A stretch of 64,000 nt of DNA from Ruditapes philippinarum (Eukaryota). This document shows, piece by piece, positions 44,200 through 57,804 of the stretch. The translations under genes and the position numbers were made by a program. The first letter of the stretch is position 1. The number at the start of each line of letters is the position of its first letter. Under the pieces are notes generated by a model, which was given only the letters and a program-made list of their open reading frames with translations, was not told the DNA's origin and made no database searches. The DNA lies in NCBI RefSeq assembly GCF_026571515.1, contig NW_026864768.1, forward strand, positions 124,001-188,000, read 5' to 3'.

Positions 44200-47100
44200 A
44201 TTAGTACACGAGGGTATGTCACTGTGTGTACAATCATAATAGACCAATCAAAGGAGCCAAATGCCTGTGGAAAAAGTAAGAATGAAATTATGATAGTATG
44301 CACAGGAGAAATATTTCTCATTTCTCTGTTTTGAGTGAATACAGAATATATCTCATTATAAAGTGATGCTTTGAAAAACATCTCCCACACTTATAGGCAG
44401 TACAAGAGAGAAGAAATGCCAATGAAAAATATGATATAATTTTACAAGCACTTCATGTTTATGATATCAAACAAATTTGCATCTTTCTCTTATTTTTATT
44501 TGTACAAATGAATGATATCAAATATATCTCACTGACTTTAGCTATGAGTTTTCATAATGATTAACATGTTATAAATGACATAAAGCTTAATGAAATATCA
44601 TGTATATCTCCATTAAGCATAATTCAGTGTCCAACATGCCAATGAGGACAATTTCTCTAAATAAAGAACAAATGTCATCTACATTTACTGGTTCCAGCAC
44701 TTTAAGGGTTAATTAACATGTTTTCAAGCACAGGTGAGTCACAATTATCAATGTTACAAAATAGGAACAAAAATGAGAATGGGAGTCTGAAGAAAATAAA
44801 ATGAAAATACTGAAGGAATCACTTTTACACATACATACAAAACTTACACAAACAATTGTTGGCTGTTCTCAATAAAAAACAACAGTATCCCTAACCTATT
44901 TAAATAATGACTAGTATGTATTAATGTATAATCTTGCCCTATATTTCATGGCACAGCAGAGTCAAGGTAACAATCTTGCTAATTTTCTATACTTTGCAAT
45001 ATTATAAATGGTTTGAAGAAAAAAAGATGACAATACAATTTGACCTAAAAATCATGCAACATTTCATGTCTCATTTTTTGTACATTTTTCTTTTTTTTTG
45101 TAACTATACTAGCTATATAAAGATTTGTAATGCTTAATAAAAAGATGTTGTATGAAAGAATTAGATATTGGTCTAATTCTCTGTATTGAACTCATTCATC
45201 TTTAAAAACTGATTTATGTAAACGAAAAATTAACGCAGTCTAGCCTGATACCATAGCTCAACACTAAATACTATATGAGATTTGTACAAAAAAGAAAATA
45301 CATTCATTCAGAACTAAAGCAATCATATAATCATTATCAACAACAAAAAATGTAAATAAAATAAACATATAAATGTACAAAGAAAATTTTTAAAACAATA
45401 AAGAACAAAAGACAAAATGTTAATACAACATGTACATAAAAGTTAAATAAACAGAAATGAAACAAAATTCTTTGTTTTGAGCTGTTGAACATACAGGTAC
45501 ATCATGTGTCTAAACCTTTCAGACAAACTTACAAATAAAGTTGAGAATCAAAACATTTCAATAGCATCGTAAGAACAACAAGATTAGTTACTTCTGGGGA
45601 CTCATTACATAATAATTATCAAATATTTATATTTGGTACAAAATCTATATGATGTAAATATAAATACTTATGGCATACCTATTTCGTTAATACTTTCAAG
45701 GCAATATTTCTCTTGATTATTTATTTGCATAACAAGAATTCCATGTATTACAAGTCCTGACTAGAAGTGAAGTATACAATAAATGACACTGATATGATTT
45801 CTCTTTTTTTAACCATATTTAAGGCCTGTTTATGAATACTTTCTTTATACTGATATTATTTCTATCTAAATTGCATTAAGACATATTGGGAACATACATA
45901 TATAATCATATTTCAAAATATTGCACACCTGTTTCTGTTAATACTTTCATGTTTTTAATTCAGCAACTCTGCAAAATCCTTGCCATTGGCCATTAACATT
46001 ATCATCAAGTGAAAACAAATAAACAAATTTAAAATAGCCTTCTTTTCTCTCTGTTATGGATAATTTCTATTGTTTAGTATAAAAATAAATCTTTTAACTA
46101 TACACATATCAGTTTTCTAATAAAAAATAAAATTTCTTTCAACATAAACAAACAAACACACTTGTATGAAGTTTCCAATATATGGTACTTGATACTGCTT
46201 TAGTTGTTATGTAATGAATCTGTACTAACTTGGTGTGTAGCCTATTCATGAGTTTAAAAAAAATCCTTCGTTTTGTTTTTTGTTTTGTTTTTTTGTCTTC
46301 AGATTTCTTCAATACAACAAATCAGACTAGCACACTTCCTATATATATCTTTCAGGTCATCATATATGTGTGACATGATATTCCGAAACAGTTTAACTTC
46401 ATGATTGTCCTTTTATGATTTCCAAAACTTACTCAGTTAAAAAAACAAAACAAAAAGAAACAATAGCAAGATTTTTTTCACCATAACATCAGTAAGACAT
46501 AGTAAACTAAAACATTGCCCAAATTTCTATTATTTTGTTTATTCCTATATCCTTATGTTTTGATTTTTCTTTTGTTTCTTTACCTGAATAAAAAATATAT
46601 TCTCGATAATTTTGATTTTTACTTGTGAATGAAAAAAAAGAAGATATTTTCTTTCTAAAATACTGGTCACACTACAAGTGTAAACAATACATAACACAAT
46701 AAAATACTGCTACATAATTATAGAATACTATTTTTACTAATATAAAAATATTTCTAAGTGAAAAAAGTGGATTCGACCAACAAGTTAACTTATAATTTGA
46801 TATGATTACAATTTGCATTTGTACTACCACGTTAAACTAAATCCAGCAAGCCTAATTTATCTACAGCAACTTATTCAAAGAAAATTCTTTATAATTTGTA
46901 AAACATATACATTTATAACTTCATAAAAAATATACCTGTCATACAAAAACTTTAATTCTCATCTTTATGACAAAAAAGTGACCAGTTAAAGGAACAAAAT
47001 TATATATAATATAACATATACTTAAATACTATACATTGACTAAAATGGAAAACTGTTGACTCCTTCTAACCATTAAACTTAAAAAGACAAATGCATGAAT

Positions 47101-47979
47101 TTATTTGACAATAAAATCATCAATCAAGTATTATCAATGCCTTATAATAATTTTTGTAAAATATATCTCTGATTTTTGTTGAGTCTTTAAATCCTGAATA
47201 ACTTCCAGTACCAAGACTTGACATAAAAATTTACCTCCACCCATTTGAAACTTTCTGCCTAAACAATCACAAAAAGACTTTAAAAAAATGATTTTCCAAA
47301 TACTTCGACTATTATTTGTTTCATTATACCAAAAGAGAAATCATTGAATATATAACCCTGCCCTCATAACACAATAAAGCACCGGAATACACTTTATAAT
47401 ATTCTTTAAATGCATATTACATGATTATCACTTCTGTGACAAAAAAAAAATTAAAAAATAAATTCTTGACATTTCATAAATATAACCTTACAATATATCT
47501 CCTATCCTATTGGCTGAATCAGATCAAATGGGAGAAATGATTGGTTGATCACCATATTAATATTTATGTGTATACAACATATTGCTTTTTCCAAACACAT
47601 ACAATATATCAAACATAACAATTTTTTGTACATATAAAAACTAATACATGCTTAAAGTTTTCATTAAACACAAACATGTAAATTTTACAACATTTTATCA
47701 ACAGGTGACGTATCACACCACATCTCCATTCTAACACCCTGTCCAAATTAGCACATTCAGCTCAATGTATCCACTTCATACTACCACTACTGCAACAAGA
47801 AAGCCATGAACACAATTCTTCATAATCGTCTCTGTATAAAAAGTAGTCCAGCTTTAACTTTCTGTCGAGACATTGCACCACACCATTTAAATGAGCTTAA
47901 GAATACAGGATTTCATCATATATCACAAACTGACCAATCAAAACAAGTCTTACAAAACTATCATATGAACAAAATCATG

Positions 47980-49838
47980 CTACTCCTTTTTATCTTTTTT
48001 CTTTGACAGCAGCGGCACTGAAGGCACTTTTACATGACTTGCTACTGCGGTACCAACATCGTAACTTTTCCCAGCAACCCATTTTACACTACCCACTCCA
48101 TAGCCGACAGCTCCTGTTGTAACATTGTATAAACCAGAACCAAGGCCACTAGACACCCTCCATATCACTCCTGCTTGTGCTTTTTGTTCTGCAATCAAAG
48201 ATTATTCTTCAAAACTTACATAATTGGCAATTAGAAGTAGTAACAGATATGTTTTAAGCATTATATCAATGAAGATCAAGGGTTTAAAAAGGAATTGTTT
48301 CAAAAATCATATGATGATTTTGACAGACAACAGTATAGTTCAATACATTATAAAAGTACATAAATTACTACTTTAAACCTATGCAACCAGTTATCTTTCA
48401 TTTGACATTTTTTCACATTGGATATACATTTTCAAAATCTGGTACAGTGAACAGTACTAATCATTCAAACTGGAGAGAAATTGACTGTTAACAAAACCTG
48501 TACTCTTTACTAGAACTATCCATTATATTCTGTACCAGAACTATTTTGTATATTCTATACCAGAACAATCTCATGTATTTTATATCATTAACTATTTTAT
48601 ACCTTTACCACTGCCAACTTAATTCTCCATATTACTTACTGAAAGAGCTACAGTAAAGAGTATTTTCAATAAATTTCTGTTCCAATTCATCAGATAAAAC
48701 AATAGAATAGATAAATGAGTAACAAGTTTTCTTTCCTTTATTCTTTTTTTGGGGTTATACTTGAATAAACAATTATACCTGACTGTTCATCTGTTTTTTT
48801 ATTGGATAAGAAATCTTGAGCATCAGTTTCCTTCACAAACTCTGGGTTATCTACCCTTTCCTCTGTTTCTTTAGTAACAAACTCTACTTGCTCTGATGGT
48901 GGTGTCTGCAAATAAAAGTGATGATTTAGTAACAGTACCTGTATAAATATGTGACATTTCATATTCAGAAAGCACTATTGATTGAGAATTTACTTACTTT
49001 GATTGAGATTCGTCATGAGGAATTGAAATTTTTATCATAATCAAATGCATGGAATTGTTAAAAAATTGTACCAAATTACTACAAGCAATACTGGTGGAGG
49101 AAGATGTTATTTGCCCTTTTCCAATGTCAACTTCAAGAAACACCATAAAACACACAGACTTTCTGCAGACTACCTCACATAAAAGAATACTATGTCACTG
49201 GCTTCTTGCTAGGTTAGGAACTCAGAATAGTAAAAGTGATGTGGTGAATTTAGTGACACAATCAGAGAGCAATTTAAAATTACAATACATAGAAAAGAAG
49301 AATACTAGACTATACAATCACTAAATAAATGGACATACTATGATAGGCATTTTGAAGTAACATTGTTCCTGGTTTTAAGTGACCAGAATGTGTTTACATG
49401 TAGACAATCACTAGCCAACACATAAGATAAACAAGGACTAAAAACATTGAATTCAACAGATGTTAACTCAAACTGTTAAACGCAGTGCACTACCATTCAC
49501 AATATACTGTTCACAATAGTGATCAAAGCGTTTCACATATTTTCAATATATTTACCATTTATTAGTGCAACACACTACAAAGTTAAACTGTAGAAGTTTG
49601 TATATACCAAAGATAAGCTAGATTATACCAAATATACACTGAACTAACTATATAGAGAGGCCAATGGTTTTCTTCTATCAAAAAAAGACACCTTGTTGTA
49701 AGTGCCCAACCTTTCACAGTTGAATTGAATCATGTATTTAAAACACTGGTTGTAAATTTCTAGATTTAACAATTTTTACTTGATAAATGAACTCACCTTT
49801 ACGATACATGCTTTCACTGTCTGGTAGAGACTAGCCAT
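47980..49838 (-). CDS. TMEM263: Transmembrane protein 263 (UPF0444)-like, 3 coding exons, about 125 aa
   Basis: Exons 49838-49797 (MASLYQTVKACIVK, donor GTGAGT), 48905-48779 and 48188-47980, phase-consistent (378 nt). The last exon reads GVIWRVSSGLGSGLYNVTTGAVGYGVGSVKWVAGKSYDV...KVPSVPLLSKKKDKKE, resembling TMEM263 (G..RVT...GAVG...W..GKS...KKKDK). The first coding exon is the least certain. Confidence 0.85.
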
Positions 49839-50289
49839 ACTGAAGATCACTGGTTTAATTCAAAACCTATGAAGACAAAGAAATTTGGTCATCATCAATC
49901 AATCAATTAATCAATTAAATTAAGGAATGATCAATTAAACACAGTTTTTCAGACAAAGCACCTCCAAGCTATGGTCATAATTGATTGTACCACAGAGCTA
50001 CTTTTAAATGGAGAGAAAGCTGTATGATGCCATACATTTAAAATTTAAAATCTGTACTGTTGTACATTTATAATTTGTATCAGGGATTTATTATCCGTCG
50101 AGTTAATATTTTTGCAAGATTTTCTGAGACCATGCTTGACACAAGAAAATTTACCAATATGTTCATTGTACACTGCCATGTTATCTACAATTTGTACATC
50201 ATAGACAAAACTTTAAAGAAGTTTTAAAAATGCCCAAAAAATTTAAAAACATGTAAATTATTCTACCAGAGGGCAAGCTGTCAAGCAGT

Positions 50290-50478
50290 TTACCAGTATT
50301 AAAGGCCTTCACTTTTGCAGGAACTGAAACTTCTGTACATGCGAGAGAAGAGGTACAGTGCAAATGACCAAAGAAAGGATTTCATGATCAATCACAAAGA
50401 AAGTGACCTGCACCTTCATGGAATCAAACTGGGGTCACCCAATTCACAGTCCAACGCTCTACCTATTGAGCTAACTGG
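50290..50478 (-). mobile_element. tRNA-derived SINE in a TMEM263 5' intron
   Basis: The reverse strand reads TAGCTCAATAGGTAGAGCGTTGGACTGTGAATTGGGTGACCCCAGTTTGATTCC (A/B boxes) followed by a non-tRNA body. There is no acceptor-stem partner. Confidence 0.65.
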
Positions 50479-51109
50479 ATGGCTATTCTCCTATGATAAT
50501 TGGTCTACTAAATCTTTATACATGTATATCCACGGGAGGCCATGATTCGTTACCCTAAACATTTACAGTGCTAATTTGATAGTCATACACTATATCAAAT
50601 GATCCAAGTGTTCTATTTTGAAGAAATTAGGCATTAACTTTGATGTTTAAAAACATCTCTTAACAAACTAATACTTTCTGACATCCAAGTAATGATGTTG
50701 TTTAGTTGAATTTAGGGCACCCAAAGATAGTAGGCTGACATTACACAGGAAATTCTATCATATCATTATATAGGGGTTATTTTTGGATATTAACTATCGT
50801 GTAATATTGCCATTATTGGTTATAAATTTGAATCTTGATAGAATTTCAAGTTCCTGCTATATATAGAAGCATGGAGCTTTATAGATCATAACAATAAAAG
50901 TCTCTGCTGGGAGGATGGCTTAGATATTTTTAAGCATATTTTTGATACTTTTGTAAAATAAACGACTTATCTTTACTTTTCTCAATAACAGAATAAAGCC
51001 AGTCTAATTTCTAAACAGTAGCTTTTATTTACAGATAATCAGATAATTTATAGCGTTTTACTTTCTATTTTATATGAAAAAGTAGTTAAATATAAGTAAA
51101 CTATCATAC

Positions 51110-51666
51110 CTCGATGCGATCAGTGTAAATAATAGGTATTGTTTGCTAATATTGACGCAGTTCTTCTGAACATGAGCTTTGCCACGTCTTTGAGTTCTTG
51201 TTTACTATTTTGGAGATGCTGATGTGTGTAATAAAAGGAGTATTTTGATTGGTTCAATTTTAGGAACAATGAATTATGTTAGCCAATGAAATATATTGTA
51301 ACAGTTTTGGCACGACCTTTACACTTACCACACATATAGTCTGTTCAAAATATTGCCAACATTGTGTAATAACAGAGACTTTTATTAATGAAAAACAAGA
51401 ATAAAGTTACAAGTATTTTATGCATTCATTGTTTGAAATAGATATATAAATAGCCATCCAAAAGGAAACACATTTAGTTTAGCATGAATTTATACCTGAT
51501 TTGATACAGTCATTTATTTATTTGATATTTTGGAAACAAACTATAAACGGAAGTCGACTTTGACAGCTGTTTGTGTATTGACTTTTGGTTTCAGTTTTGG
51601 ACTGTCACATGAAACTAACAGGGTGTTTGGTTGTTTTTCTTGTTGTGTGATTTATATCTTGCGGTC
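51110..51666. promoter_or_regulatory. Probable bidirectional promoter region between TMEM263 (-) and ADA2 (+), including a candidate non-coding first exon of TMEM263
   Basis: The genes are head-to-head. A minus-strand donor GAG|GTATGA lies at 51110/51109 and a minus-strand acceptor CTTCATAG at about 49867, upstream of the TMEM263 ATG. Oppositely oriented CCAAT boxes occur at about 51247 (TGATTGG) and about 51281 (AGCCAATG). A TATA-like TATATAAATA lies at about 51443. Confidence 0.5.
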
Positions 51667-54600
51667 ATGGATGTGTACAGGGTCATACGGAGGTATTCTG
51701 TTGTGTTCCTTTTGGCTGTTTCATTGAAAAATGTTGTGTCAACACCAGTTTCTCAGTTTTCTATGGCAAGAAAGTTGACCAGTGCCTTATATAAAGATGA
51801 CTACATGCAGAAACGACAACACATCATTTCAGACGAGCAGGATCAAAGACTCGGAGGTGAAATAGTTTTGAATAAAGATGAACAGGCCGTGAATGACAAA
51901 TTGTTAAAACTAAAACAAACTGAAATAGACAATGCACATTACCAAGGGAAACCGTTTGGTCCTGCTATGAACTTCTTAAAATCAAAGTCTGTTTATGAGG
52001 AAAGCCAAATTTTCAAGTTGATACAAACGATGCCAAAAGGTAGGATGATACGTTACAATTTAAATTTTAATGTCAAAGTTCAGTCAATACATTTCTTGTG
52101 TAAAATATAACTGACGCTTTGAATTTATTGTTTGTGTTTTTTAAACTTCATATTATAATTGCATGTAAAAAAGTTTCCTTGTTATAATTTTATATACCAT
52201 TAAATTAGTCATAATGATTGTCTTAATCATTGATGTGCCTGCTTTAACAAGATCAAAAATGTCAAATTTACAATATTACACTAAATCTGGGTTACTGATC
52301 GAAGTTTTCAGATATGAGTTCACTTGTTGCTTTATGTTTTATCTGCCACCAATACTAGCTAGTGTTCTAATTAAACAAGTCAGCAAATGGCTATATTGTG
52401 TATCTTTGTTTCTTTATCGCGTGACATGGTCATAGTTTTATATTCAGTCAATATATACATGTACAAAGATATATAGAGCAACACGATTTTTTTTTATCAA
52501 ATATTACTTAGCCTTTTCAATATTCACACAGTTTCATTTTGACTGAAATCTTTCCGGCAACTGACTCGGTGCATATATTGTATGTTATAAAGATAAATAA
52601 CCTTGCGTTTGTGTAAACATTTATACTAAAAAATCAATATCCGTCTTCCCAGCTCACACCAAATGAGATATATCGAACTTGATTGATTTTATCGGTATTT
52701 TATCAGAACGATATCTGTTGAACAGATATATTGATACCCGATAGTTCACAATGACAGAGTATGGTTATATGCACAAAATAATATATCATAATATCATAAC
52801 ACCTGTGCAGTCAATTATGCATCGCCATTTCATCTCTCTGGTATTTATCTGTACAACAATGTGCAATACTAGTATTATGTTTTCATTATTAGTCATCAGT
52901 CGAGCTCATGTTACACATGTAAATTTCATATAACAAGTGTATAAGTTGTTATGTGAAATAATAAAGAATCTACTTAATAAAGAATCTACTTGGTAGATAA
53001 ACGAACTTTACCCCAGTTACAGAGTCAATTTAATTAATCATAATGAATATAAAAGAATAAAATGTAGTGGGTCATCATCATTGAGGTAACCTCCTGAAAT
53101 TGTTAACGTTTTCTTCTTGGATTTTTACCCAGCAGACTTTCAGTCATCATGAAGATGGATATTTATAATTAATTGTTTATTCCTATTTCAGGCGGCGCAC
53201 TACACGTACATGACTGCTCCATCTCAGACATCAAGTGGTTGGTAAAGAATGTCACGTATAGAGATAACTGTTACATGTGTTACGATCTCAAAAATGAAAT
53301 ATCATTTCAGTTCTTTCAAACACCACCAGTTAACAAAGGTATATAGATATGTACAAAAATACATACATTACTTTAACGTTCCGCGTGCAAATTAGGTCAC
53401 TAAGACTTGTAATACGCTTTAATATATTGTAATCAAGACTGATGATGGGCTCAAAAAATTGTATACTTGTCGCATACCGTTACAAGTTAAACACGAACAT
53501 TTGGCTTTAAATGTTGTAATGATATCAGTTTAACCTGATACATTTTACCTTGACCATTACATGTTAGTTTTATTCCATTAATACTTGAATGGGTAGCTCT
53601 TATTTAAGACAGAAACAGTTCCGTAATATTACAATGGTAGATATAAGTACTGTACACAAAATAGAAAACATTACAAATTTTTTCAAGGCATTTCAGTCAA
53701 TTTCAATTTGCTTAGCAAAAACTTCCACAGTCAAGTTTGAAAACTTATAATTGCCCATATAAGTAGTGACTGCGATATAGTCTTCTTGTTGATTTAATAA
53801 CTTCAGATTGCCCATGGAAACCAGTTGGTCAGTACAGACAACAGTCGGGAAATGTATCTCATTTTGATGATACGTAAGTTAATAAGAAAATACTTAATAT
53901 TTATATGACTGTATTGTGTTATAATGAAATGATCTTTTTACGAAAAAGAACCCATTTTTCCAGTCGTTGTTCGGAAAATAAATGTGCATTTCTATGTTAT
54001 TAGCTCAATTAAGAACTTTGGGGTTGATTGACTGAACACTTGCTTGATGCTTTTTGTTTCATTAGCCATATGTCTTTGGAGTCATAGCGTTTGGTCACAG
54101 CCAAAGCCTTAACCCCAGCAGGAATTATTATTTAATTATAGATCTACCCTTTTGCGAATTTTGAAAGTCTTCGGTAAACTTTTTTTGCGTGCATTTCTAC
54201 TTTGCACAACATTTAAAGGTGTTATAACGGAAAACTCATATATATTATGTGTCACTTACCAAGACCCATAACTCTAGCATATATTTTCACCGGATAATCA
54301 TCTACGTAGACTTCATGGCTGTTGTACTATGATTACTTGTACTGTAAAGCAAAAGGAATATACAAATTTGCTTAAATAAAATTATTTCTTCAAATAATAA
54401 AACATGTTTGCATGAAGTACAATTATAGTATAGATTTTAACCCTAACATGTATTTATTTTGTTTTCCTTAATCTGATGTAATAGGTTGATTAAGTCTATG
54501 ATCCTTACTGGCGAATATGCAGACTTAGACATTAACACTATATGGCAAAGGTTTGAGGGAATACTTACTCGGGCTAACGGTCTGATCAACTATAAACCTG

Positions 54601-57600
54601 TATTTAGCGACTATTATTATGAAGCACTACGGGAATTCAATGAAGATAATGTCCAGTATGTGGAGGTCCGAGCACTTCTTCCTGAGGTATGTGAAACCAC
54701 TAAAAATACTGGCATCCGGGTCAGTGTATGACATTCAACAGTTCTAATGATTTATAATGAATAATGTTCGAAACCCTTAGTTTTACATCAAGCCTAATTA
54801 TTTTGAATGAATACGAATACGGAAGATAGTTATTAAAACTTTTAAAATTATTTCATAGGGTAATATAGATTCTTAAGTAGGAATATTTTCTAGAAGTACT
54901 AAGTTGTTCTTTCATGTATACATGGCGTAACGTTTCCACATGAGATTTCGATTCCCGGAATACATGTACTCTTATTTTCACATGCTGCCAAGATACCTAT
55001 ATTTCTTGATTAAGGATTCATGTTTTATTAGTCGCCGGTTAAAACCGGCGACTATATTTGTTCATACAATGTATGTATGAATATGTTGTATCATGTCATA
55101 TCGTTTTAGGTATACGAACTGGATGGTTCCACGCTTAACACCCAGCAAGTCATGCAGATTTACAAAGATACAACAGACAGGTTCCTAGCTACAAATAAAA
55201 ACTTTACTGGAGCAAAAATTATAAAGACAAATCTTCGGTAAGTATTTAACCATTTCTAAAGGCGTAGCGTTATTTAGAAGTTGATTTTAATCAGATTTGC
55301 TATTATACTACTAATACCACTTGTTTTGGATTATTTTGTTTTTATTTATTTTAAGTTATGTAAATAAAAAAATGAAATGTCTCGTCGTCGTAAGTGATGA
55401 CGTCGTAAGTGATTATTACGAAACGTTACACCCCAGTCGTTTTATTTTATTGAATTCTATAAACATGAATCAATTTTAGGTTGTAAATAATTTCATTACT
55501 TTTTACAAATAGTTTAAGAAAACATATTTTAGGTGAATTTCGAGCGCTTAAAAGGGTGCAGGCGGGTGTGTGGAGGCTGACTAATAAACTCTTTTTTAGA
55601 GAAGTTGCATTACATTGTATACGCTTGGAAAACCTTAACAGAACAATATTCAAGTACGTCTGGTGGCGACAAGTATCATATCCATCTCCCTTATCTCAAA
55701 TGAAAACTCATTCTTTATTTCAGGTTTAAATCTCCAGATGATATTCTAGATGATATTAAAAATTCAATACAATTAATGCAGCAGTTCCCAGATCATTTTG
55801 CTGGATATGACCTGGTTGGTCAGGAAGATCCGGGCAAGACACTGTTGTATTATATAGACGCGTTGAGATATCCCTCTCTACAAAGTCCACCTATAAAACT
55901 GCCGTACTTCTTTCACGCTGGAGAAACTGGTAATTACAAATGTCTTCATCAACTTAAGTCATTCCATATTGCAGTGGTCATATAACAATCTTTATATTGT
56001 TATGGCATTCCACAAGGTGCCCAGTCTTGCTGAAATTAAAGTACGACAAACGGACAACTGAAAAGAAAATCTATCAGCCTATTTTATTAATTATGTCATG
56101 AAAAAATCACACATTCCAAGGAGAAACAAACTCACTATAGTTTGTGTTAAAATATCTCAGAATCTGTTAAGGTTTCAAATTATTTTTAAACATGTGATTT
56201 GATGTACGTAAAATTTATTTTTATCTGTCACTTGGTACATGTTGCTACCTTTGTCACGTCCCTGTTACACCATAGGACACCAGTACTTTTAAGTTCCAAG
56301 AAGCAGACCAGAAGTTACAATAACCTATTTTCATTACCGAGCGCAAATTAATACATTCATGTATGTACTCATAATACGTCATATTCATACTTTCATGAAC
56401 ATCAATTTGCGATTCATCACCCATTTTTTTATGATTTAAACTTATTCATTTTAAATTTACAGATTGGCAGGGCACGAGAGTAGATGATAATCTGATAGAT
56501 GCAGTATTGTTGAACACTTCAAGAATAGGACATGGTTATGCTTTACCGAAACATCCAGAAGTTATGAAAATAGTTCGGCAGCAAGATATTGCTATCGAGG
56601 TTAATCCAATATCTAACCAAGTAAGATCTTTTTTCTATTCTTTGCGAATATGGTCATTATTCCGTTATATATTTTCAATATACTTCATTAACCACTGAAT
56701 TCAATTATAGGTAGTTAAAACTAGATTCAAATAACTTAAATGATAACAAAACAAGGACCTGTTTTAGGAACCAATAGCTCGATCGCCATACCTTCACGGA
56801 ATATTTTTTATTGCGTAATTTCTCTGTGAATGATGACGCAATTGTGAGCACCTCGAAGACTTGAAATAGTTCTGTTGTGATTTGTTTCAGGTTTTAAAGC
56901 TTGTGGACGACATGCAGAATCACCCGGGTTCGGTGTTATTAGCTGAAGGACTTCCGGTTGTTATAAGTTCAGATGACCCGGCTGTGTGGGGAGCAAAGGG
57001 ACTTTCCTATGATTTCTACGCTGCTTTTATGGCATTGTCAGGCAAAGACGACGGACTAGAAGTTCTAAAACAACTTGCTATGAATTCGCTAATGTAAGTA
57101 CATGTTGGTTCATGAGTTTCAGTAGGTATCATAATTATATAATGTAATTGGTTGTCCTTTACATCATTTTCAAAGAAGTATTTGATTTACAACTATATTT
57201 CAAACCAACAAATTCAAAAACAGAATAAATGCATGAACAGAATAAAATGTCCCGGAACAAAAAAATGTGTTGCTACATCAAGCAGAGGTTTTACCGTTTA
57301 GCAAAAATTTCGTGCATGGGCCATTGTCTCTTACGTGAATTTACAAACATATTGCTTTCATTTCAGATTCCTATGAAAACATTGTTAAAATAATTTTGTG
57401 AACATATATATGTATATATAGCTTTATACATTTAAAAAGGTTTTTAATCTAGGCCTACCTGATTATAATACAATGCACCTGAACTCCATACTGAATTTTT
57501 ACACAATTATTATAATGCACTCAAAATTAAGGGGATTTTTTGCTTAGTTAATTGTTCATTGCCATTAAATTACCTGTAATTTCAGATATAGTGCACTTGA

Positions 57601-57703
57601 AGATAAGAAAAAAGTTCAAGCATTGAAAGATTGGGAGGAGAAATGGAAAACGTTTATAGATAAGACAGTCGGACAGATGAACGGAAGTATCTTAATCGGA
57701 TAA
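51667..57703 (+). CDS. ADA2: Secreted adenosine deaminase of the ADA2/CECR1/ADGF (AGSA/MDGF-like) family, 9 exons, about 533 aa
   Basis: Exons 51667-52039, 53192-53338, 53807-53873, 54485-54686, 55110-55237, 55724-55929, 56463-56620, 56891-57093, 57586-57703 (1602 nt, TAA stop), all GT-AG and phase-consistent. N-terminus is signal-peptide-like ([20 protein letters not shown]). Motifs [65 protein letters not shown]. The zinc-binding and catalytic residues are present. Confidence 0.95.
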
Positions 57704-57804
57704 AGTGCTCATTAAATTTATTGTACACTGGTGCTGAGAAATGCTCAGATATTGAAGTTCTGTTTAACAATATTTCCTCTCACAAAACATTTTACACAGC
57801 ATTC

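Noticed and set aside
43953-44390. 145-aa and 110-aa ORFs, and the related 37291-37491 ORF ([18 protein letters not shown])
   Set aside because: They are translations of a palindromic MITE present twice in the window.
48997-49016. Alternative TMEM263 first coding exon (ATGACGAATCTCAATCAAA|GTAAGT on the minus strand)
   Set aside because: Its 19 nt give phase 1, which is incompatible with the phase-0 acceptor at 48905.
50420-50478. tRNA-like sequence on the minus strand (also the heads at 11423, 28557, 33587)
   Set aside because: The cloverleafs are incomplete and run into SINE bodies and tails, so these are SINE heads and not tRNA genes.
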